Assembly (NCBI GenBank): GCA_050174015.1
Contig: JBFXKG010000006.1
Coordinates: forward strand, 128,001-192,000
DNA length: 64,000 bases
Origin: Candidatus Krumholzibacteriia bacterium
GTDB taxonomy: Bacteria > Krumholzibacteriota > Krumholzibacteriia > LZORAL124-64-63
Reading direction: 5' to 3'
The translations under genes and the position numbers were made by a program. The notes beneath the pieces are model-generated. The model ran no database searches, was not told where the DNA came from, and saw only the letters and a program-made list of their open reading frames with translations. Positions 11,175 to 21,354 of the stretch are shown one piece after another. Position 1 is the first letter of the stretch. Each line of letters begins with the position of its first letter.

Positions 11175-12982
11175 GTCCGGTTCCCCTTCTGGTCGGGCCG
11201 GGGGACGATGGCGAGGTTCAGTTCCTCGAGCTGGGCCTCGCTGATGCGGCCCGGGCTGCCGTCCAGGGGCGAGGCGGCCAGGGTGGTCTTCGGGAAGGCG
11301 ATCACCTCGCGCAGCGACGGGCTGCCGGTCAGCAGCATGACCAGCCGGTCCAGGCCCAGGGCGATGCCGCCGTGCGGCGGAGCCCCGTATCCGAGCGCCT
11401 CGAGGAAGAACCCGAACTTGGCGAGGTATTCCTCCTCCTGCATCCCCACGATCCTGAACACCCGCTCCTGCAGGTCCCGCTGGTGGATCCGGATGCTCCC
11501 GGATCCGAGCTCGACGCCGTTGCAGACCAGGTCGTAGAGCTGGGCGCGCGCGGCGCCGGGATCGGCCTCGAGCCCGTCGAGATCCTCGGGCCTAGGCTGG
11601 GTGAACATGTGATGGCAGGCCACCCAGCCGCCGGTCTGCTCGTCCTTCTCGAACAGGGGGAAGTTGCGGACCCAGGCGAGGGCCCAGGCCCCCTCGGGGA
11701 TCCACCCCGCCCGAGCGGCCAGCTCCAGCCGCAGGGCGCCGAGGGCCTCGCGGACCATGGCCCTGGGGCCGGCCACGAAAAGCAACAGGTCGCCCTCCTT
11801 GCCGGCGGTGCGCTCCAGCAGGGCGGACTGGAAGTCGGCCCCCAGGAACTTGGCGATGCCGGTGTCGAGCCCCGCGGCCGCGACCTTGGCCCTGGCCAGG
11901 CCGAAAGCGCCCTTGCGCTTGACCAGGTCCTCCAGCTCGTCGACCTGCTTGCGGCTCCATTCGCCCAGCCCGGCGGCGTTGAGGCAGCGCACGGTCCCGC
12001 CCTCCTGCAGGGCCTTCTCGAAGACCCCGAAGCCGCAGCCGGGCACCAGGTCGTCCACGGTGTGGATGGGACAGCCGAAGCGCAGGTCAGGCTTGTCGGA
12101 GCCGTAGAGATCCATGGCCTCATCGTAGCTGATGCGGGGGAAAGGCGTGGACAGGCCGATCCCCAGGGTCTCGGCGAAGATGGTCGCGACCATCTCCTCC
12201 ACCACCTGGTAGATGTCGTTCTCGGTGACGAAGCTCATCTCCAGGTCGATCTGGGTGTGTTCGGGCTGACGGTCCTTGCGCAGGTCCTCGTCCCGCAGGC
12301 AGCGGGCCAGCTGGAAGTAGCGGTCCACGCCCCCGGCCATCAGGATCTGCTTGTACAGCTGCGGGGACTGGGGCAAGGCGTAGAACTCCCCGTGGTGGAT
12401 GCGGCTGGGCACCACGTAGTCCCGGGCCCCCTCGGGCGTGGTCCGGATCAACAGGGGGGTCTCGACCTCGAGGAAGTCCCGGCCGGAAAGATACCGGCGC
12501 GCGGCCATCGCGGTCTGGTGGCGGATCCGGAAGTTGCGGATCATCTCCGGGCGCCGCAGGTGGATGTAGCGGTACTTGAGCCGCAGTTCCTCGCTGGCGT
12601 TCTCGGCCTGGTCCAGCTGGAAGGGCAACGGGGCGCAGGTGTTCAGGATGGTCACTTCCTCGGCGACCAGTTCGACCTCGCCCGTGGCCTTGTCCGGGTT
12701 GACCATGCCTTCGGGCCGTCGGCGGACGGTCCCGGTCACGCCCAGGACGGATTCGAGCCTGAAATCCTTGGCGACCGCCAGCGGCGAGCCGTCCTGGCAC
12801 ACGATCTGCAATTCGCCATAGCGGTCGCGCAGGTCCACGAACACCACCCCGCCCAGATTGCGGATGCGGCCGGCCCACCCGGCCACCTTGATCTCCCGGC
12901 CGACCAGGCTGGCGGAAACCTCACCGCAACGATGCGTGCGCAACTGAGCGCCGGCTGAATTCTGCTTCATGGGATCGTTCAC
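11171..12982 (-). CDS. aspS: Aspartate--tRNA ligase
   Basis: [67 protein letters not shown]. Start is GTG 12982 or ATG 12970. Confidence 0.98.
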   Translation of the reverse strand: MNDPMKQNSAGAQLRTHRCGEVSASLVGREIKVAGWAGRIRNLGGVVFVDLRDRYGELQIVCQDGSPLAVAKDFRLESVLGVTGTVRRRPEGMVNPDKATGEVELVAEEVTILNTCAPLPFQLDQAENASEELRLKYRYIHLRRPEMIRNFRIRHQTAMAARRYLSGRDFLEVETPLLIRTTPEGARDYVVPSRIHHGEFYALPQSPQLYKQILMAGGVDRYFQLARCLRDEDLRKDRQPEHTQIDLEMSFVTENDIYQVVEEMVATIFAETLGIGLSTPFPRISYDEAMDLYGSDKPDLRFGCPIHTVDDLVPGCGFGVFEKALQEGGTVRCLNAAGLGEWSRKQVDELEDLVKRKGAFGLARAKVAAAGLDTGIAKFLGADFQSALLERTAGKEGDLLLFVAGPRAMVREALGALRLELAARAGWIPEGAWALAWVRNFPLFEKDEQTGGWVACHHMFTQPRPEDLDGLEADPGAARAQLYDLVCNGVELGSGSIRIHQRDLQERVFRIVGMQEEEYLAKFGFFLEALGYGAPPHGGIALGLDRLVMLLTGSPSLREVIAFPKTTLAASPLDGSPGRISEAQLEELNLAIVPRPDQKGNRT

Positions 12983-14253
12983 CCTTCCAGGACCTCCTTG
13001 ACCGCTGCCAGCAGGTCCAGCCTGGCCACCGGTCGCTGGTCACCCGTCTCGAGAATCTTCAGTTGCAGGGAGTCGGCGGCGATCTCCGCCTCGCCCACGG
13101 TCAGCAGGATGCGCGCCCGACGCTGGTTGGCCGACTTGGCCTGGGCCTTGGCGGACCGGCCGGAGGTGTCGATCTCGACCCGGCAGAAGCCGCGCAGCAG
13201 GTCGGCGGCCACCAGGCCGAACCGCTGGGCCCCGTCGCCCAGGCACGCCACGTAGACGTCCACCACGCTCTGGCGGCTCAGCTGGGGATCGACCGGTTCG
13301 TCCCCCAGGTGCAGCAGCGTGCGCTCGATGCCGATGGAGAAGCCCACCGCGGGAGTCGGCGGTCCGCCGCACTGCTCCACCAGCCCGTCGTAGCGGCCGC
13401 CGCCGGCCAGGCTGCTCTGCTTGCGCTCGGCCAGCGCGGTGATCTCGAAGGTGGTGCGGCTGTAGTAGTCCAGACCCCTGACCAGGGTCGGGTCCTCCTC
13501 GAAGGGGACCTCCAGATCCGCCAGGGTCTGCAGCAGCACCGCGTGGTGTTCCCGGCAGGCCGGACACACCGAATCGGTGATGGGACGGAAATCCCTCAGC
13601 AGAGCCTGGACCGCGTCGTCCTTGGCGTCGAACAGGCGGAGGGGATTGGCGTCGATCCGACCGCGGAAAGCCTCGGGGATCTCCTGCTCCCGGCCCTTGA
13701 GAAAAACCTTCAGATCGGCCACGTAAGCCGGCTTGCAGGCAGGACATCCGATGCTGTTGACCAGAAGGCCCAGGCCCCTGGCGTCGACGGCGTCGAACAG
13801 CGCCAGGGCGGTCTGGATGACCTCCGCGTCAAGCACCGGGCTGGGCGAGCCGATGGCCTCGACGCCCACCTGGTGGAACTGGCGATACCGGCCCGCCTGG
13901 GGCCGGTCGTGCCGGAACATCGGCGCCATGTAATAGAACTTCAGGGTCCCCGGCTGGCGGGTCAGTCCGTTCTCCAGGTAGGCCCGCACCACCGAGGCGG
14001 TCATCTCCGGACGCAAGGTGAGGCTTTCACCTCCCTTGGTCTGGAAGGTGTACATCTCCTTGTCGACGATGTCGGTCCCCTCGCCCACCGAGCGGAAGAA
14101 CAGGTCCGTCGGCTCGATCACCGGGGTCCGGATCTCGCCGTAGCCGTACCTGGCCAGGACGTCGGCCCAGCGCTCCTCGCACCAGGCCCACCGCTCCGCT
14201 TCCTCCAGGAGGATGTCCCTCGTGCCCTTGAGGCGGCGGTATTTCAGGTTCAT
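12979..14253 (-). CDS. hisS: Histidine--tRNA ligase
   Basis: [56 protein letters not shown]. Start placed at MNLKY (14253). Confidence 0.98.
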   Translation of the reverse strand: MNLKYRRLKGTRDILLEEAERWAWCEERWADVLARYGYGEIRTPVIEPTDLFFRSVGEGTDIVDKEMYTFQTKGGESLTLRPEMTASVVRAYLENGLTRQPGTLKFYYMAPMFRHDRPQAGRYRQFHQVGVEAIGSPSPVLDAEVIQTALALFDAVDARGLGLLVNSIGCPACKPAYVADLKVFLKGREQEIPEAFRGRIDANPLRLFDAKDDAVQALLRDFRPITDSVCPACREHHAVLLQTLADLEVPFEEDPTLVRGLDYYSRTTFEITALAERKQSSLAGGGRYDGLVEQCGGPPTPAVGFSIGIERTLLHLGDEPVDPQLSRQSVVDVYVACLGDGAQRFGLVAADLLRGFCRVEIDTSGRSAKAQAKSANQRRARILLTVGEAEIAADSLQLKILETGDQRPVARLDLLAAVKEVLEG

Positions 14254-14318
14254 GATCACCCTATCGTTGGGGACGCCTCGGAGCCGGGCCTCGCCCGGTT
14301 CCCGGTGCCCGACTCGAA

Positions 14319-15284
14319 TCAACGGGAAGCCGCCGGCCAATCCTGCGGGAAGTTGCGGCGAACGAGATCCCAGTCCGGTTCGATCAGCAGGTTGAAACCC
14401 GCAAACCCGAGAAAAGCCAGCCCCGACCGCGCATCGGCCGGATCGGTCTCCCCCGCGCCGTCGCGACGGCCCAGTCCCGCCAACCTCTCGCCCGCTTCCA
14501 GGCGCACGCCGGCCGGGAGCCGCCTGGCGGCCAGGAGGACGACGTCGGGCACCGGAGGCGTCAGGACCTCCATTCCCCATTCCAGGGGGGAAAGCAACCC
14601 GGCCTGGAAGAACCGGTCTGCATCCCACTGCCGGACCAGGGCGTAATCGAAACACCCCAGCCGCAAGGCATGCAGCACGGGGGAATGATCGTATGGATCG
14701 GGCCCGAAGGCCAGCGCCGAATCTCCGGCCGCCGGGGGCAGGACCGCCCCCGGCCTCCGCCAGGCCCCCGTGGCGGCCAGGGAGAAGGAGTCGCCGACCA
14801 CGGTGGCGGCGGGGCGGGTGCGCCAGGGTTCGGATACCAGTCCGGCCCCGGTCCGGTAGACCAGGACCCCTCGCGGACGCAGGTTCCGGGGGGCCGGTCG
14901 CCGCACCACGGCCAGCGGGAGGTACGCATCGCCGGCCCAGCGCTTGGCCAGCCCGTCCGGACACAGCACGTAGGCCGCGCCCCGGGCCAGGCCGTCCCTG
15001 AATTCGGCGGGATTGGCCGCGATCTCCAGATGCAGTGGTTGTTCCCCGTTTTCGGCCAGGACGCGGGATAGGGGACCGAAGACCAGTTCCGCCCTGATCC
15101 TCGACCCGGTGGGATCGAAGACCAGGAAATTCCAGCCGGGAGCAGGACGATCCCCCCTGGGCGCGATCAGCGCTCCCAGGGCGAGCAGAAGCACCAGGAC
15201 GAAGGCCCCGAGAGTCAGCCACCCGCCCCGCAGGCCACCCCCCTTGACCGGACCGTTGCCGCGGTAACTATTCAAGCGAATCAC
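14319..15284 (-). CDS. Putative PhnD/SsuA-like substrate-binding protein (divergent), N-terminal membrane anchor
   Basis: Hydrophobic N-terminal segment; HSPVLHALRLGCFDYALV and TPPVPDVVLLA resemble the phosphonate-binding fold. Start is uncertain. Confidence 0.5.
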   Translation of the reverse strand: MIRLNSYRGNGPVKGGGLRGGWLTLGAFVLVLLLALGALIAPRGDRPAPGWNFLVFDPTGSRIRAELVFGPLSRVLAENGEQPLHLEIAANPAEFRDGLARGAAYVLCPDGLAKRWAGDAYLPLAVVRRPAPRNLRPRGVLVYRTGAGLVSEPWRTRPAATVVGDSFSLAATGAWRRPGAVLPPAAGDSALAFGPDPYDHSPVLHALRLGCFDYALVRQWDADRFFQAGLLSPLEWGMEVLTPPVPDVVLLAARRLPAGVRLEAGERLAGLGRRDGAGETDPADARSGLAFLGFAGFNLLIEPDWDLVRRNFPQDWPAASR

Positions 15285-16239
15285 CCGACGAGGAATCCCG
15301 CTCCGCCGCGGAGTCCGGCAGAGGCGGGTTGCCGACGATGACCAGGAATTCGGAAGGATCGACGTCGAGCAAGGTCAGCCATTCGGGGAAGTCCACCTGG
15401 CCAGGCAGGCGGTAGACACCCACCGGCCGGTCACCCACCGAAATGGTCACCAGCAGGCGGTCGCGGGTCAGGGTCCGGAGGGAATCGGCGACCCCCCGCA
15501 CGGTGACGCTGGCCACCGGCGGGGACACCCCCACTTCGGGACGCCCTGCGTCCACCAGCGAAATCACCGGAATGTTGGCCAGGGTCCGCTCCTCGATGAC
15601 TCCCACCGGCAGGGAGGCCAGGGCGTGGTCGGGCTCCAGCAGCAGGTAGGGGCTCGGAGCCGTGAGGTCCAGTTCGACGTCTCCACCCGTTCCGGCGCGG
15701 CCGAGATCCAGCGGAGTCGTCAGGATCTCGGGCAGGGGATCGAAGTAGCGCGCAGGCCCGGTGACCATCACCGAGTCGGGCGTGACCGAGGGCTCTTCCA
15801 GGAAGGCCCTGTCCTGAGGCAGCTTGTTCACCATGACGAGCTGCACGGGCAGGCGACGGCTGGCCTCCTGGTCGATGTGGATGAGCAGCGGCTTGGTCAG
15901 ATGGCTGACGGCGGCATCGTCCAGGCCGTCGGTGAGGATGTCGGACACGTCGACGGGATAGACGAAGGCGGGCCCCGGATTCCTCCCCGCGAGGTTGATG
16001 AGGACCTCACCCACGAACTTGTTGAAGTAGTCGTGGCGGAGCAGGCGCAGCTTGCTGCCCCGCACCCGGACGGGGATCTCGGCGGGCAGGTCGCTGCCGG
16101 CGATGGTCAAGCCGGTCTGGAGCCCCGTCACCCGCAGGGGCATCATGATGTCCTGCTCGACGACGGAGGTCGCGGCGACCTGGATCCAGATCACGATCGC
16201 CGCGAGCAGACAGCTGATTTTCAAGCCCAGTCGATTCAC
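15268..16239 (-). CDS. YbbR/CdaR family protein
   Basis: LKISCLLAAIVIW N-terminal TM; repeated YbbR-like units (VRVRG, VTPDSVMVTGP, VSPPVASVTVRG). Confidence 0.8.
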   Translation of the reverse strand: MNRLGLKISCLLAAIVIWIQVAATSVVEQDIMMPLRVTGLQTGLTIAGSDLPAEIPVRVRGSKLRLLRHDYFNKFVGEVLINLAGRNPGPAFVYPVDVSDILTDGLDDAAVSHLTKPLLIHIDQEASRRLPVQLVMVNKLPQDRAFLEEPSVTPDSVMVTGPARYFDPLPEILTTPLDLGRAGTGGDVELDLTAPSPYLLLEPDHALASLPVGVIEERTLANIPVISLVDAGRPEVGVSPPVASVTVRGVADSLRTLTRDRLLVTISVGDRPVGVYRLPGQVDFPEWLTLLDVDPSEFLVIVGNPPLPDSAAERDSSSGDSLE

Positions 16240-16344
16240 GTCCCTGACCGCCGGAAAGATAGCCCGGACTTCAACCTAGCACAGGGCGCAGGACCTTGCC
16301 AACCGGCATTGCCGGCCTTCGGGACTCCGCCGCGCAAAAAAAAA

Positions 16345-17271
16345 TCAGCTGCGCAGGATGGGGGAATCGAGAACGTACGCGGCCGGGTTCACGGGCCTGC
16401 CGTCCAGATGCACCTCGTAGTGCAGATGGGGGGCCGAGGACCTGCCGGTGTTGCCCGACAGGGCGATGGCGTCGCCTCGTTCGACCCTGTCCCCCTTCTT
16501 GACCAGGGCCTTGTCCAGGTGGGCGTAGAGCGTCACGACGCCGTTCCCGTGGTCGACCTTGACGACCCTGCCGAAACCCCGCTGCTGCTGGACCGCCATG
16601 ACCACGCCGGCGGCGGTGGCCCGGACGGGGGTCCCGACCGGGAGGCTGAAGTCCAGGCCGCGGTGGAAGGTCTGCCGGCCGGTGAAGGGGTCATCCCTGA
16701 ATCCGAATCCCGAACTCACCCAACCGATGTCCGCCGGCCTCACCGAGGGGATGTGGGCCCTCAGCGCCGCGCGGGACGCCAGGGTGTCCAGCATGGAGAG
16801 GTAGCCCTGCCGCTGGATCCTGGCCTGGCGAAGCATCTGGTCGAGATCCCTGCCGGCATCGGCTGCTGACTCGCCGGTCGAGGCGATCAGGCCGGTTCCG
16901 GCCTCCAGGGCGGCCCTACCGCCGACTCCGGCGGCGAAGGTCTCGCGGTCCAGGCCGGGAAGGTCGAGCGAGGCGGCCATGAGGTTCTGGACCTCGAAAA
17001 CCGAATCGATCTCCTGCCTCAGGGCGAGGACCCTGCCCTCCAGGCCCGCGATGGTGCGGTGGAGCTGGAGATTCTCCTTCTGGAGAGGCCCGCCGCCCGG
17101 ACGCCAGTAGGCGCCCGTGCTGAATCCGAGGGTGACCACGACGGCCAGGACCAGGAAGAGGCCGACGAAGCCCGCGGCGCCCAGCACCGCCCAGCGGGGG
17201 ATGCGGAAGGCCCGGCTGCTGGACTCGTCCTCGGGCATGTACAGGAAGTTGTAATGTCTCTTCAGGCGCAT
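16345..17271 (-). CDS. M23 family metallopeptidase (peptidoglycan endopeptidase)
   Basis: TM segment, coiled coil, HRGLD, YAHL, GNTGRSSAPHLHYEV. Confidence 0.93.
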   Translation of the reverse strand: MRLKRHYNFLYMPEDESSSRAFRIPRWAVLGAAGFVGLFLVLAVVVTLGFSTGAYWRPGGGPLQKENLQLHRTIAGLEGRVLALRQEIDSVFEVQNLMAASLDLPGLDRETFAAGVGGRAALEAGTGLIASTGESAADAGRDLDQMLRQARIQRQGYLSMLDTLASRAALRAHIPSVRPADIGWVSSGFGFRDDPFTGRQTFHRGLDFSLPVGTPVRATAAGVVMAVQQQRGFGRVVKVDHGNGVVTLYAHLDKALVKKGDRVERGDAIALSGNTGRSSAPHLHYEVHLDGRPVNPAAYVLDSPILRS

Positions 17272-17361
17272 TGCATCCTTGGGCGAAACGGTGCCATCCC
17301 TGGTCGAACAGCGGCGGAGCCTGGGGGATCGGGGCCGCGAGGTCGATTCCGGCTGGCCGGA

Positions 17362-17389
17362 AATCTACCTCATCGGCCCCGGATGTCAA
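17362..17389 (-). promoter_or_regulatory. Sigma-70-type promoter of the M23 gene
   Basis: Minus strand TTGACA-N16-TAGATT, about 90 bp upstream of the start. Confidence 0.6.
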
Positions 17390-17413
17390 CAAGTACCGGG
17401 CCCGGAGGTTCCC

Positions 17414-18265
17414 TCAATAATAGTCGTACAGCACGCTGCGATCGCCGGAATGCCGGAGTTTCGCCAGGGCCTTCTCCTTGATCTGCCGGATCCGTTCCCG
17501 GGTCAGACCCAGCCTCTCGCCGATGACCTGCAAGGTCTGGGCCTCCTCGTAGCTGAGCCCGAAATACATGATGATGATCTGGCGCTCCCGCTGCGAGAGG
17601 ACGGCCAGGGACTTGCTGATGTCCTCGCGCATCCCGCGCTCGAGGACGGCCACGTCGGGGGCGGCCTGGTTCTCGTCCTCGAGGATCTCGGTCAGGGGCC
17701 GGTCCCCCAGGTCGCCGGAATCGTCGAGAGGCAACTCGGCCCGGTCGGAGCTCAGGGCGTGGACGACGTCCCCCACGTCCAGATCCAGTCGCTCGGCGAT
17801 CTGTTCCGGATCGGGATTGGGAACGCCCTCGCCCTGCAGGATCGAACGGGTCCGGCTGATCTTGATCAGCAGCGCCGTCTGGTTCTGGGGCAGGCGGATC
17901 GTGCGGGACTTGTCGAGCAAGGCCTGCATGATGGACTGCCTGATCCACCAGACGGCATAGGAAATGAACCGGTAACCCCGGGTCTCGTCGAAGCGGCCGG
18001 CCGCCTTGAGGAGCCCCAGATTGCCCTCGTTGATCAGGTCCGAGAGCATCAGGCCCTGGTTGATGTATCGCTTGGCCACCGAGACCACGAAGCGCAGGTT
18101 CGCCCTCACCAGGATCTGCAGGGCTTCCTCTTCGCCCTCCTTGATCCGTATGGCCAGGGCGACCTCTTCCTCGCGGGTCAGCAGGTCGTACCGGTTGATG
18201 TCGCGGAAGTAGACCTCGAGGCCCTTCTCGTGCATCGCCGGCAGGATGTTGCGCTTGCCACCCAT
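17414..18265 (-). CDS. RNA polymerase sigma factor, RpoD/SigA family, lacking region 1.1
   Basis: LLTREEE (region 1.2), ANLRFVVSVAK, DLINEGNLGL, RFISYAVWWIRQ, TLQVIG..LTRERIRQIKEKAL. Confidence 0.93.
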   Translation of the reverse strand: MGGKRNILPAMHEKGLEVYFRDINRYDLLTREEEVALAIRIKEGEEEALQILVRANLRFVVSVAKRYINQGLMLSDLINEGNLGLLKAAGRFDETRGYRFISYAVWWIRQSIMQALLDKSRTIRLPQNQTALLIKISRTRSILQGEGVPNPDPEQIAERLDLDVGDVVHALSSDRAELPLDDSGDLGDRPLTEILEDENQAAPDVAVLERGMREDISKSLAVLSQRERQIIIMYFGLSYEEAQTLQVIGERLGLTRERIRQIKEKALAKLRHSGDRSVLYDYY

Positions 18266-18377
18266 GGGTTTCCTCCCAGGCAGCGTGGGGTTTCGCCGCG
18301 CCCCAGTCGGAGCGGCGGCCCGGACCCGGGGCGAGCCGGAGCCGGACGGGCGGCCGGGGCGAGCCGGCCGGCTGGTC

Positions 18378-19868
18378 TCAGTTCTCCACCCCGGATTCCC
18401 GGGGAATCACCGAGACGTAGTTCTCGGCAGATCCGGTCCTGACCAGGAACGAGAGGGGATCGCGGCGATGCAACAGCATGCCCCTGAGCTCCTCCCACGT
18501 TTCCAGGTCAGGGATCTCCCTGCCGTTGACGGAGACCAGGACGTCTCCCTGGCGGATACCGGCTTCCGCTGCAGGCTGACCGTCCTCCACCTCCACGACC
18601 ATGACGCCTTCGGCGGCCATGACCCCCAGGAGCTCCTTGAGCCGCTGGACCCGCGGATCTCCCTCCGCGATCGAGGCCACCTCCAGGCCGAGCCACCGGA
18701 CCGGGGTATCCGCCCCCGCGCCGGGCCCACCGTCTATCCATTCAACCGGGCGGACCAGGACTCCCTTCCGGTCCCCGTCCCGGATCAGCTTCACCTCGAC
18801 CTCCCGATCGACCGCCGAACCGGCGATCAGGAACTGCAGTTGCCGCTGGGACTCGACGGCCTTGCCGCCGAACTCCACGATGACGTCCCCCGCCAGGAAT
18901 CCCGCCTCCGCGGCGGGACCCCCAGGAATCACCTCGATCACCCGGGCGCCTCCCTCGGGCAGGCCGGGATCCCGCTCGCCCGCGATCCGGACCAGATCCT
19001 CGGACCGTATTCCGAGGTAGCCCCGGATGACCCTGCCGTGTTCGCGCAGCTGGGCGTAGATGTGCCGGACCATGTTGCTGGGCACGGCGAAGCCGATGCC
19101 CTGGCCCTGGGCGTTGATCGCGGTGTTGACCCCGATGACCCGGCCGTGGATGTCCACCAGCGGGCCGCCGCTGTTGCCGAAGTTGATGGAAGCGTCGGTC
19201 TGGATGAAGTCCTGGTAGCGGGGCGTCAGCCCGCCGATCACCAGGTCGCCCCTGCCCTTGGCGCTGATGATGCCCACGGTCATGGTGCTTTCCAGGTTGC
19301 CGAAGGGGTTGCCCACGGCCACGGCCCAGGCCCCGACCTCGAGCCGGTCCGAATCCCCGAACTCGAGGACCGGCAGTTCCCTGCCCTGCGGATCGATCCG
19401 CAGCAGGGCCAGGTCCGTGCTGGGATCGGTGCCCACCAGGTCGGCCCGGTATTCCAGGGATTCGCCGCTGAACCGGACGAAGATGGCCTCCGCCTCGGCG
19501 ATGACGTGGTGATTGGTCAGGACGTAGCCGTCCCCGTCCACCAGGAAGCCCGATCCGGTGCTGGGCATCTCGAATCGTCCGCCCTCCCCCTCCTGTTCGG
19601 GGAAGAACTGGCGGAACATCTCCTGAAGGGGCCCCGTCCCGACCCCGTGGCCCGTCACCGAACGCGTGCAACGGATGTTGACCACGGCGGGGCGGACCGT
19701 CCGCCCGACCTCGATGAAGGGGGATGCGGGGATGACCTCGTTGACCGCAGCTTCGGCCGGACCGCCGGCCATGACCCCGAGGAAGAGGGCCGTCAGCAGC
19801 AAAAGAAAAAACGCACACGCCGAAGGACCGAAGCTCTGGTCTTTCGCTTCGGTGCAGGCGGTGCGCAT
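18378..19868 (-). CDS. HtrA/DegP-like serine protease with two PDZ domains
   Basis: GSGF, TNHHV, DLALL, QTDASINFGNSGGPL, two PDZ domains and a signal peptide. Start is uncertain. Confidence 0.93.
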   Translation of the reverse strand: MRTACTEAKDQSFGPSACAFFLLLLTALFLGVMAGGPAEAAVNEVIPASPFIEVGRTVRPAVVNIRCTRSVTGHGVGTGPLQEMFRQFFPEQEGEGGRFEMPSTGSGFLVDGDGYVLTNHHVIAEAEAIFVRFSGESLEYRADLVGTDPSTDLALLRIDPQGRELPVLEFGDSDRLEVGAWAVAVGNPFGNLESTMTVGIISAKGRGDLVIGGLTPRYQDFIQTDASINFGNSGGPLVDIHGRVIGVNTAINAQGQGIGFAVPSNMVRHIYAQLREHGRVIRGYLGIRSEDLVRIAGERDPGLPEGGARVIEVIPGGPAAEAGFLAGDVIVEFGGKAVESQRQLQFLIAGSAVDREVEVKLIRDGDRKGVLVRPVEWIDGGPGAGADTPVRWLGLEVASIAEGDPRVQRLKELLGVMAAEGVMVVEVEDGQPAAEAGIRQGDVLVSVNGREIPDLETWEELRGMLLHRRDPLSFLVRTGSAENYVSVIPRESGVEN

Positions 19869-19998
19869 CGGGCGCTTCTTTTCGACCTGCAGATACACCT
19901 TCACCAGGCCTTCCAGGTTCCGGAATCCGGTGAAGGGGCGACTGCTTCCCGGAATTCCCGTGGGGGTGGGACATCCCGGGCCTAACAGGGATGCTCAG

Positions 19999-20027
19999 AT
20001 CCTACAAGCAACGGAAGGGAATGTCAA
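19999..20027 (-). promoter_or_regulatory. Sigma-70-type promoter upstream of htrA
   Basis: Minus strand TTGACA-N17-TAGGAT. Confidence 0.6.
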
Positions 20028-20047
20028 CGGTTTCCTGATCTTTTTCC

Positions 20048-20521
20048 TCAAGATTCGCGGCGGGGGTCGTGCTCGTCCAGGTCGTCCCCGACGGGTTCGA
20101 CCAGGATGGCCGATTCTCCCCGGCCGGGATCCAGGGCGGGAACCGTCAGGACCTTATCGGGCCCGGAGCCTTCGTCCGGGCCGTCAGGGGCAGCATCTCC
20201 CCCGCCGGCCTGGGCCTTCTTGCCGGCGGCCTTGCGGCGCACGGCCTCGATCTCCTCGGCCTTGGCCGCCAGTTCCTGCTCGAGAACCTCGATCCGTCCC
20301 ATGAGGGCCCGGACCGCCTCTTCCTCCAGCAGGCCGTCCCGCCCCTCCTTCAGACCCGTGTAGACCACGTTCCCCAGCTCGCTGAACTGCCGCTCGATGT
20401 CGCGGCTGATCCCGAACTTGTCGTACTTCAGGGACGTGACCCTCGTCACCTCGACGGTCTTGTCGGAGGTGGCGGCGTACCAATCCAAGAGGTTCTTCTT
20501 GACGTCGTCCCAGAGTGACAT
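20048..20521 (-). CDS. Hypothetical coiled-coil protein
   Basis: Strong RBS (GAGGAGG) before MSLWDDVKKN; helical/coiled-coil sequence with coding-like codon use. Confidence 0.75.
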   Translation of the reverse strand: MSLWDDVKKNLLDWYAATSDKTVEVTRVTSLKYDKFGISRDIERQFSELGNVVYTGLKEGRDGLLEEEAVRALMGRIEVLEQELAAKAEEIEAVRRKAAGKKAQAGGGDAAPDGPDEGSGPDKVLTVPALDPGRGESAILVEPVGDDLDEHDPRRES

Positions 20522-20594
20522 GGCATCCTCCTCGTCGCTCCTGATCCCGGAATAGCAGTTGCCACCAGTCCTTGCGGGGTTACAATTTAACCCC

Positions 20595-21350
20595 ATGAGC
20601 ACTCCGAGACAACCCACGGCCATCATCGTGGCCGATTCCCACTTCCACCTGGAACCCGATCCCGCCGAACAGGAAAGGCTGGACCGCTTCCTGCGCCTGC
20701 TGGCCTGCGCCCACCGGGCGGACCACCTGGTCCTGCTCGGGGACATCTTCGACTTCTGGTTCGATTACCCCCACTTCCGCCTGAAGGGGTACGACCCCCT
20801 GCTGGAGGCCCTGGACCTGGTCCGGGACGCGGGGTGCCGGATCCACTTCGTCGGAGGCAACCACGACATCTGGGCGGCGGACTACCTCCACCGGAGGTAC
20901 GGCAGCGAGCCCGACGGGCAGCCGCTGACCCTGCGGCTCGGCGACCTGCGCCTCAGATGCGAGCACGGCGACGGACTGCTCAGCCACGACTGGCTGTACG
21001 ACACCTTCCGGTCCATCGTCCGCAACCGGGCCGGCATCCTCCTCGCCAAGTCCCTGCACCCGGAGATCCTGTTCGCCCTGAGCACCTGGCTGAGCGGCCG
21101 CAGCCGTTCGGCCACCCGCGACGAGGCCGCCGAAATCGAGGCCAAGGCCGCCGTCTGGCTGGCCAAGCAGCGCGACCCCGACTGGGACGTGATGCTCATC
21201 GGCCATGTCCATCATCGGTTCGAAACGGAGACGGCCAGCCGCAAGCTGGCCGCCCTGGCCGGATGGTTCGGCCGCCTGGACTACGGTCTGGTCCGGGACG
21301 GCCGGTTCGAGATCCGCGATTTCGCGGAGGAGACCCTGCCGGAATTCTGA
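20595..21350 (+). CDS. lpxH: UDP-2,3-diacylglucosamine diphosphatase (LpxH-like metallophosphoesterase)
   Basis: DSHFH, LLGDIFDFW, GGNHD, HGDG, IGHVH. Confidence 0.82.
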   Translation: MSTPRQPTAIIVADSHFHLEPDPAEQERLDRFLRLLACAHRADHLVLLGDIFDFWFDYPHFRLKGYDPLLEALDLVRDAGCRIHFVGGNHDIWAADYLHRRYGSEPDGQPLTLRLGDLRLRCEHGDGLLSHDWLYDTFRSIVRNRAGILLAKSLHPEILFALSTWLSGRSRSATRDEAAEIEAKAAVWLAKQRDPDWDVMLIGHVHHRFETETASRKLAALAGWFGRLDYGLVRDGRFEIRDFAEETLPEF

Positions 21351-21354
21351 CCCC

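Noticed and set aside
12979..15222. Long N-terminal extensions in the ORF track for hisS, ybeY, PorV, rfbB, batA and TonB_C
   Set aside because: The extensions overlap upstream genes in another frame and are Arg/Gly/Pro-rich noise. Internal starts with RBS or stop overlaps fit the family lengths.
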